A stretch of DNA of 64,000 nt from Macrostomum lignano. Lineage: Eukaryota. The stretch lies in contig NIVC01001279.1 in assembly GCA_002269645.1 (NCBI GenBank), forward strand, positions 62,001 to 126,000, written 5' to 3'. The position numbers and the translations under genes were made by a program. A model generated the notes under the pieces. It made no database searches and was not told the origin of the DNA. It saw only the letters and a list, made by a program, of their open reading frames with translations. Numbering within the stretch: the first letter of the stretch is position 1; each line of letters opens with the position of its first letter. This document shows, piece after piece, positions 56,401-64,000 of the stretch.

Positions 56401-59400
56401 GGAGTGGTGGGTGTCTGCGGAGTGAGGTGGGTATTTGCGGAGTGAAGTGGGTGTCTGCGGAGTGAGGTGGGTGCCTGTGGAGTGAGGTAAGTGTCTGTGG
56501 TGTGAGGTGGCTGTCTAGAGAGTGAGGTGGGTGTTTGTGGAGTGGGGTGGCTGTCTAGGGAGTAAGGTGGGTGTTTGTGGAGAGTGGGTTGTCTAGGGAG
56601 TGAGGTGGCTGTCTAGGGAGTGAGGTGGGTGTCTGCAGAGTTGTGTGGATATCTGCGCAGTGAGAAGGGGGGTCTGAAGAGCAACGTTAGAAGCTACGGA
56701 ATGACTAAGAAGGCTAGGAAGAGTGGTGGATACTCGTACCCTCAAAGCGGTCCCTCACCTCGCGATACTTCCTAGGCTCCACTCCAACAAAGGTGGACGC
56801 CACATCCGACCGTTTGCTAGCCAGCCTCCTGTACTCCTGACCAGCGTGATACTCGCACACCGGACACACGGCCAAATTAACGGCATTCTGGCAGCGGCCA
56901 CCCTTGTTTACGGATTTAGTCGGCCGGCCGCAGACTCCATAATCGGCTGCTTTGCCCAGGATAAGCAGCTGCTGCGGATTGTCTATGGCCAGACTCATTC
57001 CTGAGAGATGGTTTTTTAATATGGAATCTTATGTCTGATATCTAGGAGACAATGACTCAACATTTAATCTATGATATCTAACCTTAACTATGTCTGCACC
57101 TCTACCTTTGACGGCTCACCTTCGATCTATGAGACCGCACTATCCAACCTAACTCCTATGTAATCTCAACTAGTGACCTATGAGATATTTGAACCCTTTA
57201 ATCTAGGAGGTCTTAACCTATCATCTATGAGATCTTATTTATATCCGCTAACGTTAGAGATCTAACTTTTTATTGATGAGATCTGAACCTTTACTTATTA
57301 TATCTCACCCTCTATCGATGAGATCCCAACTTATGATCTATGAGATCCCAACTAATGACCTACGAGATCTCATCTTATGATCTATGAGATCCAACTAATG
57401 ACCTACGAGATCTCATCTTATGATCTATGAGATCCAACTAATGACCTACGAGATCTCAACTTACGTTCTATGAGATCTCGATTTATTATCTATGAGATCT
57501 CAACTTATGATCTATGAGATCCCAACTAATGACCTACGGGATCTGAACTTATGATCTATGAGATCCAACTAATGACCTACGAGATCTCATCTTATGATCT
57601 ATGAGATCCAACTAATGACCTACGAGATCTCAACTTACGTTCTATGAGATCTCGATTTATTATCTATGAGATCTCAACTTATGATCTATGAGATCCCAAC
57701 TAATGACCTACGGGATCTGAACTTATGATCTATGAGATCCAACTAATGACCTACGAGATCTCATCTTATGATCTATGAGATCCAACTAATGACCTACGAG
57801 ATCTCAACTTACGTTCTATGAGATCTCGATTTATTATCTATGAGATCCCAACTAATGACCTACGGGATCTGAACTTATGATCTATGAGATCCGACTAATG
57901 ACCTACGAGATCTCACCTTCAATTGATGACATCTTAACTCACCCATGATATCTCATCCCTGATCTAGGTAACAACAATCGAAACGAACCTGAACTGCCGC
58001 TACTGCCAGCCCGAGCCGGCAGAATGCGCGGCTGCAGCACCGCCACTGCCAGCCCCGTGGCCGCCTCCTTCCAGTGCGCCTCGTGCACTTTGCCGAACAG
58101 GAACAGGCCCGCAGGCTGCTGGTCCAGTCGATCTAAATCTGCCAGACGCCAAATCGAATACGAAGATTTACTACTGCCAGACTGCCGCTTCTGCTGCTGC
58201 TGCTGAACTGCTCCAACCAGCACGGCAACCAGCACCGGCTGCACACCATCGCTGCGGCACTGCTCCAACTGTCTGCCCAGCTGGTCTGCATTGGTTGCCA
58301 TGGCAACTAGGCGTCTGCCGCGCATCAACCGTTGCTCCCAGTCTAATGAGGACACTTTCAAACGGGTCAGGCGGAGTCGAGTACCGGCAAGGACTGTGAA
58401 GTCGCCTGGATCGGAAGCTGTGCTGGATTTTCGAGTTGAAAAATCTGATTTGATTGCGGCCACGAGAGATTCTCGTTTGGCTTTCAATTCTTCTGCTAGG
58501 GATTGCTGCTTCTGCTCTGATTGTTGCTGCTGTTTTGTTTCTGAAAGAGAAACGGTTAAACTTGCTCGAGCAGAGAAAAAAAAATAAGTATTGGCGCGCC
58601 TGTGTGTTCATAATAATAAATAATAATAATTACACCTGCCCTAATTGGGCCAGATGTGCAACCGACAGCTCAGCCGCAGCTATTGTGCGGCGCATCTGAA
58701 GGCTGCGTACGGCTGTTCAGTCCAAGGACTGGGGGGTCGCCACACACATCCTTAATTACCTCAGCTATGCTCAGCTAATGCGCTAGGATGTCCCCACAGT
58801 CCTCCTGTGAATAATAATTATTTAATAATACATTTTTTCTGACGTTAAGGTCTCTATTAAAAATCTATTTCGATACATATCGGTAGCTAGGGTAAGCTAC
58901 AGCGGGAATAAAAAAAAGAGCTCTATTTCTAATACCTTACTGAAGGGTTGCAGCCTAGTGGTTAGAGCGCCGGACTCACGACTGAAAGGTCAGGGGTTCG
59001 ATTCCCGACCCACTCGGAACAATTTGCGTCCTTAAGCAAGACACTTAACTCTGCATTGCTTCAATTCACCCAGCTGTAAAATGGGTGATTGAGGGTGTAT
59101 GGCGACCCCCCAGTCCTTGGACTGAACAGCCGTACGCAGCCTTCAGATGCGCTGCGCAATAGCTGCGGCTGAGCTGTCGGTTGCACATCTGCCCATTAGG
59201 GCAGGTGTAATCAGTTATTCTTTTTATTATTTACTGAAGAATTACTTTAAATTTTTTTATACTACTCATTATTGAATTTCTATCGTAGTAGTGCGAAAGG
59301 ACATTACTCTCTAATTAAAGCTATCGGTGCAAAGACAATCTAAAACCAATAAAACTTATTTTTGCTTTGCTATCAAACCTTTATCCTCCGCAGATGCCGA

Positions 59401-59976
59401 AGCCTTGGCGCTAATACTGTCGTTCAATCTCCGGTCCCTGCTTCTATCCTGGGACTCTTCCTCCAACAGTCGCATTCGTTTGTAAACCAGCTGTCCAAAC
59501 TCTGAAAACGCCTCCCCCTCATCGTCGATGTTTCGGTCATCCGAGTCGAAAGCGGCGGCGTCGGCGGCTTGCCGCTTCTGCGGTCGCCTGGAGACGGTCC
59601 CGTCATCGTCTAGTTCGTCGATGCCCCGACGTTCACCATTGTCAACGCTTGAGCCTCGTGGCAGATAGGAGCCGCCGCGTCTCTCCAGCTCTTTATTGAC
59701 TTTGTCTATTAATCTACTGGATGAAGCAGCTGAGGCTGAAGACGAGGCGGGAGACGGGCTATTGAGAAAAGATTCAATGCCGATATCTGTGTAGCCTGAC
59801 GAACTTTGTTGCAAATTTTTCTGCTTCTCCAATTGTCTGGCTTTGAAATCTTCCATGCTCTCCTCCTGGATGCAGTCCCAATCGGAGTCAGAGTCGGAGT
59901 CAGACTCGTCGTCTGATGGCGCGGATTTGCGCGCCTCATCATCGCACTCGGAAGCTGGATTGTGCTGCTTCGACAT
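50485..59976 (-). CDS. MCM10: DNA replication factor MCM10; exons 59976-59379, 58540-57989, 57000-56759, 56090-55554, 52625-52189, 50665-50485 (848 aa)
   Basis: OB fold (SIWRLADL...LFLFGKVHEAHWK). CCCH zinc finger (IDNPQQLLILGKAADYGVC...RCQNAVNLAVCPVCEYH). C-terminal zinc domain (YFNTLERKEQVEAKL...CAQC...VKRPFKCKDC...CRRCG...LLARGEERKFV). All junctions are GT-AG and phase-consistent (2547 nt). Confidence 0.95.
50755..52165. repeat. Two related about 20-bp GAGTCCCGATCCC arrays (distal part of MCM10 intron 5)
   Basis: Explains the MGIGTLHGDRDS-type ORFs. Confidence 0.95.
52735..53990. repeat. 22-23-bp CTGACACCTAATTGGCAGATTAT minisatellite (MCM10 intron 4)
   Basis: About 50 units. Confidence 0.97.
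54365..55480. repeat. 20-bp GGAGTGAGGTGGGTGTCTAT minisatellite (MCM10 intron 4)
   Basis: About 55 nearly identical units. Confidence 0.97.
56108..56660. repeat. About 20-bp GGAGTGAGGTGGGTGTCTGC minisatellite (MCM10 intron 3)
   Basis: Same core as 54365-55480 but more degenerate. Confidence 0.93.
57330..57920. repeat. Complex GATCTATGAGATCC / CTAATGACCTACGAGATCT higher-order array (MCM10 intron 2)
   Basis: Repeated multi-subunit blocks. Confidence 0.9.
58610..58765 (-). mobile_element. 5'-truncated inverted copy of the same SINE tail
   Basis: 58629-58742 is the near-perfect reverse complement of 59100-59211 and ends in an (ATT)n microsatellite tail. Confidence 0.75.
58945..59225 (+). mobile_element. 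Full-length tRNA-headed CORE-type SINE
   Basis: tRNA-like head with A box (TAGTGGTTAGAGC) and B box (GGTTCGATTCC). A CORE/MIR-like middle CCTTAAGCAAGACACTTAACTCTGCATTGCTTCAATTCACCCAGCTGTAAAATGGG, then a 3' tail ending in T/TTA-rich sequence. Confidence 0.75.
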
Positions 59977-60044
59977 CAGGAAATTGAAGTATTGTAATAG
60001 TGAAGCATCACTTTCAATTCGTTCTATGCCGCTTTTGATATATA

Positions 60045-60965
60045 TCGCTCCTTGATCTATGCCGCTCTTTGATCTATACTGCTCCTTGATCTATGACGCT
60101 CTTTGATCTATGCCGCTCCTTGATATTTGCCGCTCTTTGATCTATACCGCTCTGATCTATACCGCTTTGATCTATACTGCTCCTTGATCTATGACGCTCT
60201 TTGATCTATACCGCTCTGATCTATACCGCTTTGATCTATACTGCTCCTTGATCTATGACGCTCTTTGATCTATGCCGCTCCTTGATATATGCCGCTCTTT
60301 GATCTATACCGCTCTGATCTATACCGCTTTGATCTATACTGCTCCTTGATCTATGACGCTCTTTGATCTATGCCGCTCCTTGATATATGCCGCTCTTTGA
60401 TCTATACCGCTCCTTGATCTATGACGCTCTTTGATCTATGCCGTTCCTTGATATATGCCGCTCTTTGATCTATACCGCTCTTTGATCTATACCGCTGTTC
60501 GATCTATGCCGCTCTTTGATCTATACCGCTGTTCGATCTATGCCGCTCTTTGATCTATACTGCTCCTTGATCTATGCCGCTCTTTGATCTATACTGCTCC
60601 TTGATCTATGCCGCTCTTTGATCTATAATGCTCCTTGATCTATGCTGCTTTTTGATCTATACCGCTCTTTGATCTATACCGCTTTGATCTATACTGCTCC
60701 TTGATCTATGACGCTCTTTGATCTATGCCGCTCCTTGATCTATACCGCTCCTTGATCTATGCCGCTCTTTGATCTATACTGCTCTTTTATATATACTTCT
60801 CCTTGATCTATGCCGCTTTCTGATCTATAGCACTCTTTGATCTATGCCGCTCTTTGATCTATACCGCTCCTTAATCTGCTCTATGCCGCTCTCCTTGAAA
60901 TGCTCTATGCCGCTCTGATTTATACCACTCTTTGATCTAAGCCGCTCTTGACTTATACCGCTCTT
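60045..60965. repeat. About 20-bp TTGATCTATGCCGCTC array upstream of MCM10
   Basis: Tandem degenerate units. Confidence 0.93.
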
Positions 60966-61959
60966 TGACCGATATTAGTATTTTATCTACGCTGTTTCTA
61001 CAATAATTTCAGCAGCTCTTCGATCCATGCCGCTAATCATCTTATCAACAGATGATTTATAATGCTCTAAATTCCGTTTTAACTATGCTGCACTCTTTCG
61101 GCTGACAAAAAGAACACAGAAGCAGAAACACGCGGAATTAATTAGCATTGCCAAATATGTATATTAGATATTATTTATTTATAAATACGAAAATGATAAG
61201 TTTGAGAATTTGGTATAACTCATATGACATATAATACTACATAAAAGAATATTTGCATCTTTTAATACTACTTGTATAATCCATAGTGAGTAGTCAACGT
61301 TTGGAACTTCTGTTAGAAAAAATCAGGCGTTTATATGCGAGAGATAAAAATGTTGCACAATACGCAGGGGTAAGTTAACTAATCAACTTGCAACCACGAT
61401 AGTGCATAGAATTTAACACAGCAGTGGAAAAACAACAACAAACTAACACTACTACTAATAGTAGTAAAATAAGTTAAAAGAAACAACTATTGATAGAAAA
61501 AATATCACGAATTTTAGCTAATTGACAAAATCGATCTAATAATAGAAAAACAAACGACTAGAACATAAAGATTTCAGTGTACTACTTTAGGTAGTATGCA
61601 TTGCATCAATCTAAATAAGCTCTACGTGTATACGGATAAAGTGTAAAAAACCTCATTTAAATTTCTCGTTAAAGACGAATTTGAAACACAGGAAAGCAGT
61701 AAATAGAAGAAAAAAACAAAATAACAATGTCAATACAAAGCTATAAGCTGACTTATATTTCAGCATAAATCACTTTTTCAGCAGTCGCAAAAAAGCAGAG
61801 GTAACAAATGCGACATAAAAGTAAGCGACTGCGCGTGTTCAATAAAATTATCTTATATGCCATGGGGCGCAACATTTAGGATGCAAGATTAACAAAGGAT
61901 TAGTAAGGAACATGTTGGTAGCAATGTTTGAAAATATTGGGATCATTCAACAACCGCGG

Positions 61960-63050
61960 GGATTAAGCTACAGGGATCTGGGAGAATAGGGGATTAAGCT
62001 ACAGGGATCTGGGAGAATAGGGGATTAAGCTGAAGGGATCTGGGAGAATATGGGATTAAGCTGAAGGGATCTGGGAGATTAGGGGATTAAGCTACAGGGA
62101 TCTGGGAGAATAGGGGATTAAGCTACAGGGATCTGGGAGAATAGGGGATTAAGCTACAGGGATCTGGGAGATTAGGGGATTAAGCTACAGGGATCTGGGA
62201 GATTATGGGATTAAGCTACAGGGATCTGGGAGATTAGGGGATTAAGCTACAGGGATCTGGGAGATTAGGGGATTAAGCTACAGGGATCTGGGAGATTAGG
62301 GGATTAAGCTACAGGGATCTGGGAGATTAGGGGATTAAGCTACAGGGATCTGGGAGATTAGGGGATTAAGCTACAGGGATCTGGGAGATTATGGGATTAA
62401 GCTACAGGGATCTGGGAGAATAGGGGATTAAGCTACAGGGATCTGGGAGATTAGGGGATTAAGCTACAGGGATCTGGGAGATTAGGGGATTAAGCTACAG
62501 GGATCTGGGAGAATAGGGGATTAAGCTACAGGGATCTGGGAGATTAGGGGATTAAGCTACAGGGATCTGGGAGATTAGGGGATTAAGCTACAGGGATCTG
62601 GGAGATTAGGGGATTAAGCTACAGGGATCTGGGAGATTAGGGGATTAAGCTACAGGGATCTGGGAGAATAGGGGATTAAGCTACAGGGATCTGGGAGAAT
62701 AGGGGATTAAGCTACAGGGATCTGGGAGATTAGGGGATTAAGCTACAGGGATCTGGGAGATTAGGGGATTAAGCTACAGGGATCTGGGAGATTAGGGGAT
62801 TAAGCTACAGGGATCTGGGAGATTAGGGGATTAAGCTACAGGGATCTGGGAGAATAGGGGATTAAGCTACAGGGATCTGGGAGAATAGGGGATTAAGCTA
62901 CAGGGATCTGGGAGATTAGGGGATTAAGCTACAGGGGTCTGGGAGATTAGGGGATTAAGCTACAGGGATCTGGGAGAATAGGGGATTAAGCTACAGGGAT
63001 CTGGGAGAATAGGGGATTAAGCTACCTGGATTTGGGAGAATTGGGGGATT
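61960..63050. repeat. 31-bp GGGGATTAAGCTACAGGGATCTGGGAGATTA minisatellite
   Basis: About 34 units. Confidence 0.97.
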
Positions 63051-63194
63051 ATTAAGCTAGAGGTATCTGGGGAAAATCAAAGTAACTCAAAAGTAAAAAG
63101 TAGAAAAAAGGTGAAAATCTGCAGATAACAACAAGCTCAAGAACAACGGACACTGACTAGAGTAACAAGTTCAATTTACAAAAAAAGCTCAAGC

Positions 63195-63789
63195 TCAACT
63201 GTCGTCGCTGAAATCGTCATCCGACTCCTCGGACCGCAGGACCTGCATTTTCCACCAGGCCTTCACATCCTGACAGCCGCTGTGCACAAAATGAGTGATC
63301 GACCGTTTCTTGGAGGCCAAGTGTCGGTGCCTCGCAGAAGAGCCGTCTTGATCATTATCGTCGGAACCTTCCGACAGCTCTGGGATGTTGTTAACGCCGC
63401 CTCCGCCACCGCTGCCGCCGCTTCTTGTAGCTTTCAACGAACGGCGTCGCTTAGTTCCCATGGCAACACTGGTCGGATCGTTCAAAGCTCCAACGGCATT
63501 CTGGCCGGTCGAGTCGAGGCCGCCAGTCTGAGACAGGCAGGTTGGCGATGAGCTGTCAATACCGGGCGATCGCTGATCGTGCTGATGCTTCTGCTGCTGA
63601 TGCTGATGGTGGTGGGGATGAAAATGATCGTTGATGGCGTTGACTCCGTGAACGTGATCGACGCTTAGAGTCGCTCCGGCTATGGTCTTGCCAACGACGC
63701 TGGCTGCTGCGGTGGATGATGAGCCCGCGACTGCTGCCGCTGCTGACGGGGCTCCTAGGAAATTGGATTGGGATTTAGACATTAAACAC
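63195..63789 (-). CDS. Probable terminal coding exon of an unidentified gene extending beyond the window
   Basis: 195-codon GC-rich ORF with His/Gln, Gly and basic tracts, ending KAWWKMQVLRSEESDDDFSDDS*. Candidate acceptor TTCCTAG| at 63790, with a minisatellite upstream as in other introns here. No domain recognised. Confidence 0.6.
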
Positions 63790-63849
63790 CTAGGAATATC
63801 GGACTTCTCAAATTCTGGAACTTCTAAAGGGATTTCTAAGGATCTGAGC

Positions 63850-64000
63850 TGCCTGGGGATGTGGGATTTCTGGGAATGTGAGATTTCTGGGGATGTGGGA
63901 TTTCTGGGGATCTGTGATTTCTGGGAATCTGGGATTTCTGGGGATATGGGATTTCTGGGGATATGGGATTTCTGGGGATCTGGGATTTCTGGGGATGTGG
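63850..64000. repeat. About 19-bp GGGATTTCTGGGGAT array running off the window
   Basis: Tandem units read directly. Confidence 0.9.

Noticed and set aside
58945-59015. Possible tRNA gene
   Set aside because: The anticodon and acceptor stems are broken and it runs directly into a CORE SINE body.

Overview
AT-rich metazoan genomic DNA with GT-AG introns, the standard genetic code and a distinct minisatellite in almost every intron and spacer. The style resembles the flatworm Macrostomum lignano (inference, not proven). Splicing the exons by hand gives phase-consistent models for a Tbx2/3 (omb) T-box gene, an LRR plus death-domain gene (LRRD1-like), MCM10, and a tight same-strand trio MRPL21-NDUFV2-SLC35B1 that looks like a trans-spliced operon. 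Two orphan genes sit at the window edges. The best novel candidate is missed by the ORF track: a two-coding-exon gene (44094-46573) for a 92-aa secreted precursor with a signal peptide, a KR cleavage site and a 52-aa six-cysteine peptide. Also present: a non-autonomous hAT element with an 8-bp TSD and a probable nested element, an inverted pair of CORE-type tRNA SINEs in MCM10 intron 1, and a stop-riddled unknown ORF in an AT-rich island. Most long ORFs in the supplied track are artefacts of tandem repeats. No CRISPR array, rRNA or intact tRNA was seen.
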